A stretch of 64,000 bases of DNA. Origin: Callorhinchus milii. Its lineage: Eukaryota. Of the stretch, positions 41,417-55,120 are shown piece after piece. A program made the position numbers and the translations under genes. The first letter of the stretch is position 1. Each line of letters starts with the position of its first letter. The stretch lies in the NCBI RefSeq assembly GCF_018977255.1, contig NW_024704743.1, positions 90,770,001 to 90,834,000 on the forward strand, written 5' to 3'. The notes beneath the pieces were generated by a model that searched no databases, was not told where the DNA came from, and was given only the letters and a program-made list of their open reading frames with translations.

Positions 41417-43496
41417 TAGTTGTTATATGTCTTCTGAAAGTTGCATTTTTTTTAAGTTGTTAATGGGAACAAACTTATTTCTAGAATTTTTCTGATTCTA
41501 AACATACAATCAGTAATTATTGGGTAATTGGAGCACACATCTGCTGGAAACTCCTGTAGTTCCGAGCAGAACATTACGTCTGCTTCTTTGTATTTCATAA
41601 CTTCATTAATGAATTGCGACGGAGTACAGGCACTGGGAAATTTGGATACATGGATATAAATAAACTATTCTCTTTATACCAATATTAAGGGGGGGATGAA
41701 ATAAATCAGCCACAACTTTTAAAATTTGAAAGTCCTTTCGTTGTGGACCAATTGCAGTGAAATACTAAAATATTTCCCCTTCTCTCCCCAAGTCACAGCT
41801 CCCTGAATTACTGTGTTAGGAAAAAAAGCTGAGGCTGGCTAATATTCAAGTGCAGCTCCCAGGCTGATCACCAACCAAGGGAAAAAGAACCTGAAAATGT
41901 TAGGCAATTCAAAAAGAGAAGGGAGTTTTGTCCTGGCCAATAGTCATCCAGATAAATATTCATCCACCTCACGTCAGTTTATGGGACACTGCTTTGCACA
42001 AAACTGGCTACCACGTTTGCTTACAAATACAGATACTACTTACAAGAAATTGGTACACTGATGCTTTGACTGCTTTGAGATGTATAAGACCCTATATCAA
42101 ATGCAAGGATTATTATTATCGAGTCCTATACCTATGTGTAACACATAGAACAAAAAGCTGGAAAACATTGTAAATTTAAAACAAAGGTTGCGTCTACAAT
42201 TGGAGTGATTTAAACACTTGAGTCTCTGATATTGTGACTGCAGGCCCAATATTAAAAAAGCAATGCATCCGCCGAATATTGGCACATGGGCCCAATTGGC
42301 AACTCTTGCCTACAAAATGCCTGGAGGACTGACAAGCATTCCTGGCTTAGGCCAGTTACATTCCATAGTGTTTATGGAAGGCTAATGAGCTGTGAGAGAC
42401 AATTTGTTTCTAATATGCCAAGTGATTCTATACCAAATTGATTTTAATTTTGTTACTGTTTCTCAGTACTCTCCCATAGCCATTCCTAAAGTGAGACACA
42501 TCACTAACATGTGAATAGATACAATAATCTTCAAGTTGCGCCTGAAGACCTTCCTATTCGACTGTACCTATGGTCACCTCCCCCTCCCTCTGACTTGGTG
42601 CAGTGCTCTGCGACTGTCAAGCGCTCTGGGACGCTACCCTGTGAGAGGAACGCTATATAAATGCAAGTTGTTGTTGGTAAAACAGAGGGGAAAGGTATAT
42701 TCCTGTCACACATTAAATAAGATAATAATAAATAATTCTTGTATTTGATACAAAGATTATAAAACATCTCAAAGATGATTCACTCGATATTCTGTAAAGT
42801 GTAGTAACTGTCTATTTGAAGGTTAAACACGGCAGCCGATTTGTGCAAGGCTCTACATCGGCCATGAAGAAGAATCATAGTATCTTCACAACACTTTCTT
42901 AAACCTACAGTCCCACAGTAATCTGAATTAGTTGGAAGCACAGTACAGCATCAGCTACAGGCCTTGGCTACACTCAGTGGACAAACTGGCCAGCTGTAAT
43001 CTCGCTGCCCTCCCAACACCAAAACTTTGAAGTTACTTGAATGCAGCAATTTGGCACATCCTGAATGATTATTCTCAGATACATTAGGAGGATCCCTCAA
43101 GAAGGCACCATCTCCACCCTTCACCAACATGAGCTCAGAAAATTTATGCCACACATATTATGTTTCCTGCAGTATTGAAGTACTGACAATTCAGTGTGAC
43201 CTGTTAGTGTACTTTACACAGGAACTTTGCAGCTCGCTTCACAATAAACAATGCATGGAAAACTGAAGTTATGGGGTTTTCTGCTGGGCTGTCTGAATGC
43301 CCGGCATTGCTTTGTGTTGGCAATATGCTGATCAACAGAAGCAGTACGTGCTGCAAGTGCAGTCATTAACCAATGATGGGATGCATTTCTCTCCCATGTT
43401 ACACCACTTGCTGCTCTTAAATCATTTCACTGAGCATGACAAGATTCAAGATTTGCAGACTCACCAAGGAACAATTTCATCCTCAAATTCTAAAGG

Positions 43497-44107
43497 CAAC
43501 AACAACTTGGATTTATATAGTACCCTTCACGCCGGACGGCGTCTCAGAGCGCTTCACAGTAACGGATCCCGGGGCCGAGCCAGGGGGAGGGGAGGAATGT
43601 GATCAAAGGCGCGGTCGAAGAGAAAGGTCCTCAGCAGGGACTTGAAAATAGGAAGAGAGGGGGCGAGGCGAAGGGAGTGAGGAAGGGAATTCCAGAGCCT
43701 CGGGGCACAGTGGCTGAAGGCACGGCCACCGAGGGTGGAGCGGAGGACTCAGGGGATGAGGAGGAGGCCAGACCCGGAGGAACAAAGGCAACGGGTACTA
43801 TTTTGAGGAGAGAGGAGGTCAGAGAGGTAGGAGGGTCCAAAGGAGTGGAGGGATTGAAGACAAGGGTCAGGATCTTGAAGTCGATCCTCTCTGGGATAGG
43901 CAGCCAGTGCAGTCTGCAAGGACTGGGGTGAACGGGGAGCGGAGTTTGGTGTGGGTGAGAATGCAGGCGGCAGAGTTTTGAATTATCTGGATTTTGTGGA
44001 TGGGAGACCAGTGAGGAGGGCGTTATAGTCCAGCCGAGAGGTGACAAAGGCATGGACTAGGGTTTCAGCGGCTATCGGAGAGAGGTATTGGCAGAGACGG
44101 GCGACAT
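43497..44107 (-). mobile_element. L2-clade LINE 3' fragment
   Basis: Reverse-complement relative of 29114-29735; LHWLPIPERIDFKIL. Confidence 0.88.
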
Positions 44108-46786
44108 TCAACAAGGCATTCAACAACAACAAATTATATTTGTAAAGCACCTTTCACTTTGGGAGGTCGTCCCAAGGCGCTGAGTCAGGGAGGGAGCCTC
44201 AAAAATTCTGAGCTTTTTCCACCACTATTTGAATCCATTCACCAGCACACAGCTAGATTTGGATTTAGATGGAAGGAAGGTCTCTATTAGATACTACAAC
44301 ACCAGCTTTTAAACAGCTTTCACCGTTGAGTTGTTTGAGCAGTACTATTTCATATCCAGCCTTGTACTGTGTGGCTTCCAGGAAATTGTAGTCTCTATAT
44401 AATAATCCCTTCACAATTTGTAACAGAATCAACAAAATCTTCTCCACCCCAACAATCTCATTAGTTCTCTATCCTAACTGTTGTTCACAAGAGAAGTTTG
44501 GATGAAGGCCTTTTGGCCATTTGTTACCCAGTCAATTTTGTTACCCAGTCAATTTACTTTACAATATATTCTGTGAAGGACTTTGAGACGTCTAGAAGAC
44601 GTGAAAAGCGCTATATCAAATGAAAGGATTATTATTTAATGTAATGGATTAAATATTGCACCACATCAGATAGAGAAGCTGCTGCAAACCCCAATGATAT
44701 TACCATGAAATACAGATATGGGGGAAGAAACAAAATCGACTTTTTTAAAAAATGGTTGATTGCAGCAAGTTTAGTCTCACCTTTAAAGGGATGAATGAAT
44801 GAAAGTCAACAACTGCAAGGTATAAGGTGGTGGAAACATTCAGGAAACAACAATTATTCCCCCCCTTCACCCAGATACTAGATTGTCCATTTTCTGGAGT
44901 TTTAAGGTAAGGAGCTGAAGCCATATATGCAGGTCACAGCATCGCAGCATTGTCAGCTTCAATATACACGGGGTATTCTAGACTTACCAGAATTGGTGAA
45001 AATGTCATGCTCAGAACATAAACTGCACTTTCAAAGCCTAAACATGCCACTGTACATTTCAAGCACGTTCTGTTTTTATTCCATTTAACAAGGTGTGGCA
45101 AGCAATTAGTCCCATTTAAGAGCCTTCACTTTCTTCCTGGAGTATAGTGGAGGTTGTACAATGGAACTACACTTTATATGATAAATCAAACACAGGTGTG
45201 GCTATGTTGGAAACACAGCAGAAGCTGGGTGTCATGGATAAAACAATCGCCTTTCAGTGTAACTTGCATTTTATTGTCTCCAAATTTGAAGTAAACACCC
45301 AAGAAAAGTTTGCAAAATGCCCCATATTCTTTAGCTTAAAATTGAAGATGATGCAGAATTTTAGTGTTAAGTTCAGTTTTATTTTGGAAGCCAATTTTCT
45401 GCACTATCAAAAAACGACTGAACTTTTTAATACTCAAAAACACTTACATTTCAAGACAATAGTCTTTAACTTGAAGAACATGAGAAATTTCAGGCCCCAG
45501 GCTATTAAATTCATTGCGGCTCATTGTAATTATAATTTGTCTGGATGCTGTGTTCTACTGGTCTTGACATCATCACAATCACACAGCCAATTGCATTGGT
45601 GACAATTTATTCATTTTTACAAGCAAAGTGTGTCTAAAAAAAATTCCCACATTTGTGATATTTGGGCCCATCCGAATAGGTACACACTCACCACACACAT
45701 TAAAATATCTTGACAATTTATACAGCTTCCAAAGAGGCTGATCCACTAGGGACATCAAACCAATCACTTTGCTCACTCCAATTGAAAAAGATGAACGCTT
45801 TTGTACCTTTTCACCTTATCAGGATTAATGGCCATTTTAATGTGCTGTTCAAATATATCCGAAAAGATGAACACAGATTCCTCTTCCTCCCAAAAGGTAA
45901 GTGCATTGATATGTGCTTGTTGTAGCGACATTTGTATATATTCCATAAGTTATTTGCTACTTCTGATCTCACATACATAATTTAAATTTAAGTTAAAGTA
46001 AGATTCCCTAGTTACAGAAAAATATTAATAAGTCCTTCTTATAAAAAAACAATTTGAACAGTCAACTGATGAAAGTGCAGGTTCAGGTTTCTCTTTGACC
46101 GAGCCTTCAGCTCCCCTCTCGACTCTCTTCCCCCTCCTCGCTCCCTCCCTTCCCTCCCCTCACCCTGACCATTTCCCCAATGCTCGGGTCATGACCCAAC
46201 TGTGCAGCGCCTTGGGACGTCCTCCTGACGTGAAAGGCGCTTTATAAATGGAATCTTGTTGTTGTTGTTGTTGTTCAGTAAGAGAGGGCATGGATACCAT
46301 ATAGGAAAACTCACACAAGCATAAACTCACATATTGATTAAATTGTATAAGATCCGATTTGAGCAATAATCTATGCTGCGCATGTGTAATTCAATAAATC
46401 CTATTAAATCCAGTTTAATCAATAATCTACACTACGCATGCATAATTCAATAAGCCGGTAAGTTCAATTGCAATAGTTCTTGACTGCAACTGGTAGTGCG
46501 CATACAGTGACAGGTCAAGACTAAATTTTCTGCGATTCAATGCATATTAATCGAGGGAAATTAAGTTCTTCTCCGTATGGTTGACAGACCAAGACTAAGT
46601 TTCCCGCAATTCAATGCAGCCAGCCGGTAAGTGTACATGTGTCAGCATGTCATTTCCCACAACTCAAAGCAGTGTGGGATTAATGGAGGATAGGGGAGTG
46701 GGAGTTACAGGTTAGGAGATAGTCAATATGACTTGTACAAATAAATCTAAGTGGTTTTAATAGGAAACTGAATACGACTTGGGTGA

Positions 46787-47072
46787 ATAATAATAATCCT
46801 AATAATTGATATAGTGCCTTATCACGTCGTTGAGACGTCTCAAAGTGCTTCACAGAATATACTGTAAAGTGTAGTGATGGGTATTTTGTGGGTGAAACGC
46901 GGCTACCAATTACGCACAGCAGTGTCCTACAAACAGTCGTGGATCGAGTGACAACATTATTATTTTTTTTAATGGATTATTACCCCGGAAAGCGATCTGC
47001 AATTGACTAGCAACCAGATTCCTACTTATTGCTAGGTAAACAGAAGTGCGTGTGTGGAGTAAGGAAGCTTGT
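46787..47072 (-). mobile_element. SINE, older longer subfamily
   Basis: Tail, body and cctacttattgctagg segment in reverse orientation. Confidence 0.75.
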
Positions 47073-49909
47073 ACGATTTAGGTGATTATACGATATTATG
47101 CAAGTTTTACTGTATAGCTATTAGCAAATCTAAAAGGGAGTTTGGGAGAAATTTCTTTATACAGTGTGGTGAGAATACGGAATTCACTCCCGGAAGCTGT
47201 GGTTAAAATAAAAGCATCAATGAATTTAAGAGGAAACAATGCACAAGGTAAAAGGAAATAGAGGTTAGGAGGCATGAAGAGGAGTGGCGTGTAAACCTCC
47301 CTGCATTTCTATGAATTCTGGAGACCACCAATTTCCCAGTATTTATTATCCATCAACATCTGCTAAAGGTAAAGGCTTTACTTTGAGGCAGCATCAACCC
47401 TGCCATACCAAGCAGCCACTGCTCCTGTATATACTGGTCAGTGAGCATCAGCAGGCGATAACTGTGCAGACATTATTCATCATTTATATATAGTGTTGCA
47501 TTTCCAACAAAGGATCTAAATTTTGCTTTCCCAGCCAAAGGGTCTTGAGGCTAATTATAATACCTTATCGGGTCCCCCAGGGCCACCCTGACTGAAATCA
47601 CTTAACTTCCCCTGAATCTGGAAATCAAACTGAAGACTTGTATAACTCAGCATATGAACTTTACAAATCGGGACCTTGCAATGTATTTACTCACTGAGCC
47701 ACCCGGGAAAGCCGGGGTGGGGAGGACGAAAAGAGAACAAATCTGGAAAAGTACAATATTTTGTTTCACATTTTAATGGTTGATATGTAATGTGCAAAAC
47801 AAATAGTTCACACCATCAAGTCATTTGAAATGTGCGCTATATCAAATACACTTCTGTGAAAAATCAAAAATGCAAGAGAAACAATGTAAAAGGGTACAGG
47901 GAAAGAGGAGGGGCATTAGGATTCAAGTTCATAGAGTTCCAATAAAGGGAAGAGAGCCAGAAAAAAAAGCTTGATGGCCTGAATAGCTTCTTTTGGTGCT
48001 CTAATTTCTACGATTTCACGCGCAAAAGTATCAATTAAGCACTTACATTTCTATAAGTAAAAAGTGACAAACTAAAGCACACACAAATAGAAATGTGATC
48101 TGTTGTATAAGTGTTTCAATGTGGATGGTGCCTTTGAAAGGATCTCTATTGTATACATTACAGCACAATCATATTTGTGTTATTCTCCAATACTCTGAAG
48201 AGTTGCACGTTGTGCATATTAAAATGCCTAACAATATGCTATTCAAAATATTTCTTCTCATATATGCATCGTCAGTCCATCCTACATCAATTCTGCTCTT
48301 ATTCTCCACCATGTCAGCTCATCCAGGTCTCTGTCATTAACTGAAGTCCCAAAAGACTATGAATTCACATCCATTCTTCCTGCAATCAATCTAACTATTA
48401 ATCCAATTAGAATATTATTCTATCCAAATCCTTGAGGGATGGGAAAAGTTTTAATGGGACAATTCACTTGTGGTTATGCAGCAGTCTTTGTCAGAAGTGA
48501 TTTTGGATTTTACAAATTCATTACAATGCCTAATTGTGCAGCTGCAGTTATTCGTATTGACAATAATAGTCATTATTTGCTATGTTACACATTGTATAAT
48601 TCCCATTACAATGTGGTTCACATATTGCTGCTCCAGGTGTCAAAAGAGTTTATGAGATAGCTATTCCCATCTTTAAACAGATGTTCATGAACTCTAAGAT
48701 TAAATATTCCCGGTTGTTTGAGAGACTTTTTGTTAAACCAAGCTCAGCTCGTCAAAACACATTTTAACAATGTCAGCAGTTTCCCCCAACAACAGAGACA
48801 TTGTTGTGCAGGGGGGAAAACATTTTTTTTTTCCGATTTTTAATTTTTTGGGTGCATTTTACAAATCCTAATAGCTAATATATCTCCATAATAATATCAT
48901 CTGTACATTCAAAGTAGTGTTTTTCAAGACAGGAAGATGTCTCAAAGCTCTTCACAGTATATATATATATATAAAGTATATCTATTTATATATAAAGTGT
49001 ATGGACTGTTTATGTATAGGTGTCTGGTATGATGGTCATTCTGCTAAATCAGGTAATCCTCATTTCTGCAATCGTACTGCACGTGAAATGTAAATACCTA
49101 GGTACAAAATACTTGCATTTCATGTAGTGCGTTATCACATCATCCAAATGTCTCAAAGTGCTTCACAGGTTTACTGTAATGTATAGTGACTGTGAACCTT
49201 TTTTGGTGAACAATCCAAGATTCCACAATTCTAACTTCATCAATGTCAACCAGGATCTATGACCAATGTGGGTATTGCAGTTGAATTCGATCGTCACTGA
49301 TCTATGTTATACTTAGTCATTTCCAGCAGGGTCTGCTTGATAGCAATCAGGAGTGAGATTGAAGGCACACAGATATGTAATACTTGCCTTTGATATTTGC
49401 TTCATTACTTTGAGACATCTTACCAGCAGCTTTACTATTGCTGTCATTAGGTTGGAGGTATAAATGCTGGATTAGTCTCTAAACCCTATCTTGAATCATA
49501 GTTTACAATTTCCCACTGGAGTGGAAGATTGCTATACTACATACGTCAGGATTACAGTGCTAGATATTACAGCCCACTTCAGATCATCTTTGACCATGTA
49601 ATCCTTAAAAGCTCAGCTCCTAAAGACATTGAAAACTGGTACTGACTACAGTAGAAATGGATTGCACAATTAACACACCCATGCCCCCACCAGCTTGCTC
49701 TATCTTGTCATATCTCTAAGGACCATTAAAATCGTTTTTAACCATAAATACTCTTTTTTTGATGGAAGTTGATCGATACAAAACTATTTCCACCTGAATT
49801 TAATTTAGAATAACTGACTTCACCTATTTTATTCAGTACCTAGGAAGCTATGTGCGCATATCCTGAATTGTGCCTCACTGCACTGCACTGTGATGTGCCT
49901 TCAGGTGAT

Positions 49910-50341
49910 GTGTCTGCCTGGCTCAGTGGCAGCAATTTCGCTTCTGGGTCAGAAGGTTGTGGATTCAAGCCCCATTTCAGGATTTGAACACACAGTCTGA
50001 CATTCCAATGCAGTGCTTGATGTGTTTGTTGTTTGTTGGAGATGCGCCCATTGGATGAGTCGTTAAACCAAGGTCCCATCTGTGTGTTCAGATGGAAGTT
50101 AAAGATCCATGGCACTATTTGAAAAGAGAAGGGAGTTTCTCCCGGTGTCCTGGCTAACAATCCCGCAAAATGGAAATGGTCATTCATTTCATGGCTGCTT
50201 GTGGGGCATTGTTGTGTGCAAACTGGCTGTCGCGATTGCCCACAAATACACAGTCAAATCACTTTACAGTATATCCTGTGAAGCGCTTTGAGACGTTTTG
50301 ATGATGTGATAAGGCGTTATATCAAATATAAGGATTATTAT
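49910..50341 (+). mobile_element. Full-length DeuSINE-like element
   Basis: tRNA-like head (tggctcagtgg...ggattcaagcccc), Deu core ggatgagtcgttaaaccaaggtccc...aaagatccatggcactatttgaaaagag...ggtgtcctggc, shared tail. Confidence 0.8.
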
Positions 50342-52873
50342 ACAGCTTCCAGGAATGGGTGCGTACCACAATGCATCTCTGTTCTTGGTGCAAAAAAGAT
50401 TCTGATGTTACTTTGATCTGTGAAATATTTAAAAAATACTAAAGTTAATGTTTTGTTAGCACAGTAAATCTACATTATAAAGTGGGTTAGATTATTGTAT
50501 GGCCAGAGTGTAGACCCAGACATTCAGTTACCCCAAAAATCCCAAATGGACACAGAAAGCCTATCATGTGCAACAAAATGGCTGACTTGTTGTTGTTGTG
50601 ATTCGGGTCATTGTCATTATCACTTCCATTGGCAATAATAATAGATTGCATCTATATAGCCCATTTCACGTTGGGAAGATGTCCCAAGACGCTGAAACCT
50701 TGGCAGCGACCTGATGACCTGACAGTTGGCCATTTGTTAGCAGGCAAAAAGCCAGCCAGTGTTTTGAAGCAAACCCATTGATGTTGGCATGTACAATGAA
50801 TGTGGAAGCACTGATCATGCCCATTATAGCGCTGGTTGGGATTTTATCCAGCCTCTCAACTGCTACATTATAACAGTGCTCCCTTTCATTTGGTTCGATT
50901 TGAGTTTTTGATGTTCCAAAATAAATCCCAATTTTTACAGAATTTACACTGTTTTGTGCCAAATCTCCCTCCCCTCTCCCTCCAAGACACACTCTTTTTT
51001 GGATAAAAAGTACGCAGGCTTTTATTCTGAATAAAACTGATTTACATTTCTTACAGTTCATAGAGTTAATATAAAGCGATACAGCATGCAAACAGCTCAT
51101 TCCGTCCAACTAGTCCACGTTAATGATTATACTTTACAGGAGCCTCCACCCTTCCAATTCCCCTCATTCATTCATCTTCATTTTCACACACCACAATAAG
51201 AGGCGGCAAGGCACGCACATAATTGTAGGGGATAGACTGAGAGATTAGGTGTTCCTCAGTACTGGCCTGATTGCTCCCTGGTGAATCTCTGGCTTTCTTT
51301 CATGTCATGTATTTGTTGGAGGCTGCCACCGCTACCACTGGTCCTGGTCATAGGTCAGGTCGGGAACAACAAATAAAGCAATAAGCTAGCTATGTAAATA
51401 GGATGTGTCCTATAGAAAACATGCTTAGAACATGTTGATATCCAGATTGCTAACGGATCATGGGTTATTCTGACTGTGGAGGCCAAAAGTTGCACACCAT
51501 TAGTTCAATGTAAAACCGACAACTTAGATAACCTAAGCAATCGATCCTCTTGCTAATAGAAGCACTCCTGCAAGCATCAGTGGCTGCAAGTAACTCAGAT
51601 GAAATGCCTAGTGTGCAGGGAACAGCTACTTGTGTACTCACGTGTGTAGTGCGGGGAGTGTTGGGATCGCGGAAGGTTTCGCCCACAAGTGCATGAACCA
51701 CAATAGAAATACCAGCTGCGTCACACTACTGCCGTCTATTTGCTTGATCCCCAGACTTAAACTGAGCTCCTGCGACCAAGTCTTGGTAAATGCTATACTA
51801 TTCACATTAACAATTTTTCGTGTTTTAAACATAACTACATGTGCAGGAAATATATGCCTATTGTTTTAATCCTGGTTCTTTCACAAAATGCATCTCTCAA
51901 TAGCAGCAACCAAACTGCCGCAATACCACTCAAAATTTATCGAATTTCTCCACAAGTGCCCGCAAAATTTAGAAAATGCTCCAAAATTTGGGGCAAATAT
52001 GTCCGCAATTTTCATTGGCCCAGGTAATGAGTAATTGAGGGGACATACCATTTTCTCTCTCCCCTGAAATTTCAAGTTGTACAATCAATTCTGCTCATTT
52101 TTAAAAAGCTTCCAGAAGGATTCACTCAGTTCACCTCAGTGGGATTGTTGAACTGCAGATTGAAACAACAATGCACAAAGTCAACTGCTGGTGCGCCGCA
52201 GAGGCTACAAAGAATATAGAGCTGCAATCCCTCTTCTCATTTTAAGACTCCTCTCCTCCCACCTCCACCTGAACGCAACTGTGATAGAACAAAAATTAAT
52301 CCTGAAGCAAGTTGCAAACCCGTGCATTTAAATTATGTTCAACTCTTATAATCAACCCAATGTCCAACTCTCCAAAATCCTCATTCCCATTTAGGAGGCT
52401 ATCACATAATGTTGCCATTTTAAGAGCTGATACTTGTTGAAATCCTGTACTGTGGTGGTGATAAATCTGTCCTCTGCACCTTGCAGGGCATCCAGGCAGT
52501 TTGCGAGTAACCAATTTCAGCAAGTATACCAGCACATCTGTTCTTGAGCTATACACAGATTGCTTCCGCACATTTAAATTAATTCACCAATTAATATGTA
52601 AATGAGCTCTTCTAAGAATATTCCTTACTACAGCAATACAATGAAAAGTGAGACACCTAAAACTGACAAACTACTCCCAAGAGACAGGTCTCATTTCCTT
52701 TGGCTTCTCTTAAATTGTTGTGCGTTGTTGTGAAAGCAGGACTTGCCCTAGGACTGCCACGTAAGCTGAATGGCAAGTCCAGACAGCAACTCCTGCGAAC
52801 AAGGCCTCAATTGCCAAGAGCCAACTAGAGCATTGCAATAAGCCTTTGCCAAGAACATATTGAAACACTTTCC

Positions 52874-53560
52874 AATAATAATAATAATCCTTGCATTTGG
52901 TATAGCGCTTTTCAAGTCGGGAGGACGTCCCAAAGCGCTTCACAGAACACACTGTAAAGTGAATTGACTGTATATCTGTGGTCAAACGCGGCAGCCAATT
53001 GCGCACAGCAATGTCCCACAGTCGTAGATTAAAAATGCCCAATTTATTATTGTTTTTGGTTTTGGAGGGAATATTATTAGGCTCTGTGTGGAGTAAGGAA
53101 ACTTGCCCAAGGTTTCGCCCTCTGCCTGGAATTGAACTCAGGTCTCTCACTTGCAAAGCGAGTGCTCTAACCACTGAGCCACAGGACTCTGTGTCACAGA
53201 CTGCAGGGACCGGTTCTTATGAGGTTTAGGGTTAAGGTTTCCGAGGTTTCCAACAACTGGAGAGCCAGAACCTAGTGGTGGAGAATACAGGCTCTGTATC
53301 CTAAGATGCACTGTCTTTAAAACGCCATGTGATCAGCTTCAGAATGCTTGAGGTATGTGGACGGGGCAAAGCCTTTTAACAACTGAACTGTCTGTAATTC
53401 CCATGACATTTTAGTTGGCGCAAAGTGTAGTTTTAAACACTGGTTCAGAATAGTTCTTTTTCTCTCTCTCTCTCTTCTCTCCCAAGGTTTCGCCCTCTGC
53501 CTGGAATTGAACTCAGGTCTCTCACTTGCAAAGCGAGTGCTCTAACCACTGAGCTACAGG
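52874..53560 (-). mobile_element. Composite SINE: tRNA head (53481-53560) + ~290-bp spacer + full SINE (52874-53187)
   Basis: Two A/B-box heads in the same orientation separated by the spacer also found at 40813-41103. Confidence 0.88.
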
Positions 53561-53607
53561 TCCACCATGAGATTAAAAACCCCAGATAGTCAGCACTAAC
53601 TACCAAG

Positions 53608-54130
53608 AGCTCATTCAAAACTCTGCCGCCCGTAAACTGAACCGTTCCAAACTCCGTACCCACATATCCCCAGTTCTGGCCATGCTCCACTGGCTCCCCA
53701 TCACCGAACGGATCGACTTCATGATCCTCACACGTGTTCAAATCCATTCACTCCCTGGCACCTCCCTACCTCTCCGACCTCCTCACTCCCCAATCCGCTA
53801 CCCAGCGCCTCCGCTCGACTGCCGCTCGACTCTGATCCTGTAATGACCCTACCACCCTGAGCCTCCTGCTCGGCCCTCGCACCCTCCGCCCCACCATCAG
53901 AGGTCGTGGTTTCAGCCATTACGCCCGAAAACTCTGGAACACTCTCCTTCAATCCCTCCGCCTTTTCCCCTTCTCCCCTCTTTCAAGTCCTGCCTGAAAA
54001 CTTTCCTCTTCAATGGTGCTTATGGCCACCTCTCCCCTACCCCCCGGCTCAGAGTCAGGTTCCACCACAGTTAAGCACTCTGAGACACTACCCTGCATGG
54101 AGGGCACTATATAAGTGCAAGTTGTTGTTA
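53608..54130 (+). mobile_element. L2-clade LINE 3' fragment
   Basis: ctccactggctccccatc...gggcactatataagtgcaagttgttgtt. Confidence 0.8.
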
Positions 54131-54781
54131 TATATGCAACCACATAAGACATTTCTGCAGCATTGCCACTGTGAATCCTTTACAAGTGATGGATGACACG
54201 TCTCGAATTACTGCTGCATAATCGGCACAGGCTTTTACTTTCACAAAGGAAATCACTACCAGTTGCTATCAATTCAAGAATGAGAGGGTCACTTATACAT
54301 TCAGAACCACTGCAGCCAATCGTTGCACTCTGATCCCGTAATGACCCTACCACCCTGAGCCGCCCCCATATTGATTTGGTAACGGATGATAAGCCAGAAA
54401 AAGATCCATTGCAAGATGAGCCGCAAAGTGCATCAAACGAGGTCCAATTTCAGCCAGTGCTCCCCTGCCACACGGCCCAAATTAAAAAATGATAACTGAA
54501 GACAGCTAAATACAGATTACAATCCAGCCCTTTATGTGACCGGCACCAATTATACACCACCAGTTCTGGAATAGAATGACACTGCAGAGTATTAGTTCCA
54601 TGAACTTGTTTTTTTTTTGAGCCGCATGTTGCACACTTTGATTTTTTTCCCAGAGCTTAGATATTGCATGACTAAGTAGCAGTTCGACTCTGGTTTAGAT
54701 GCTGTGCTCTTTGAAGGGTGTTTGTCTTTAATGCGAGATACCAGGTCACAAGAATATGAAATTCATAGCTTTCATCCTGTA

Positions 54782-55120
54782 GTCCTGCAGCTCAGTGGTT
54801 AGAGCACTCGCTTCGCAAGCGAGAGACCTGAGTTCTATTCCCAGCAGGGCGAAATGTTAGGCAAGTTTCCTAACTCCACACCTAGCAGTAAGTAAGAACC
54901 CGGTTATTAGCCGATTCGCAGACTGCTTTTCTGGGGTTTATAATCCTTCAAAAAAAAATTGGGTCACTCAATCCAGGAGTGTTTGTGGTACACTGCTGTG
55001 CGCAACTGGCTACCGTGTTTCACCCACAAATATATAGTGAATTCACTTTACAGTATATTCTGAAGTGTTTTGAGATGTCTAGAAAACGTGAAAAGTGCTA
55101 TATCAAATGTAATGATTATT
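54782..55120 (+). mobile_element. tRNA-head SINE, older longer subfamily
   Basis: Head gtcctgcagctcagtggttagagcactcgcttcgcaagcgag, cctagcagtaagtaagaacc segment, shared body and tail. Confidence 0.8.

Noticed and set aside
45147..45602. 151-aa ORF (and 147-aa ORF at 50666..51109)
   Set aside because: Non-ATG starts, no recognisable domain or supporting exon structure; consistent with chance ORFs.
54781..54852. Near-cloverleaf tRNA-Ala(CGC)-like sequence (also TGC-type heads at 9916, 41104, 53187, 53560)
   Set aside because: It continues directly into the SINE body, has C at position 8 and mismatches in the acceptor and T stems; a SINE head, not a tRNA gene.
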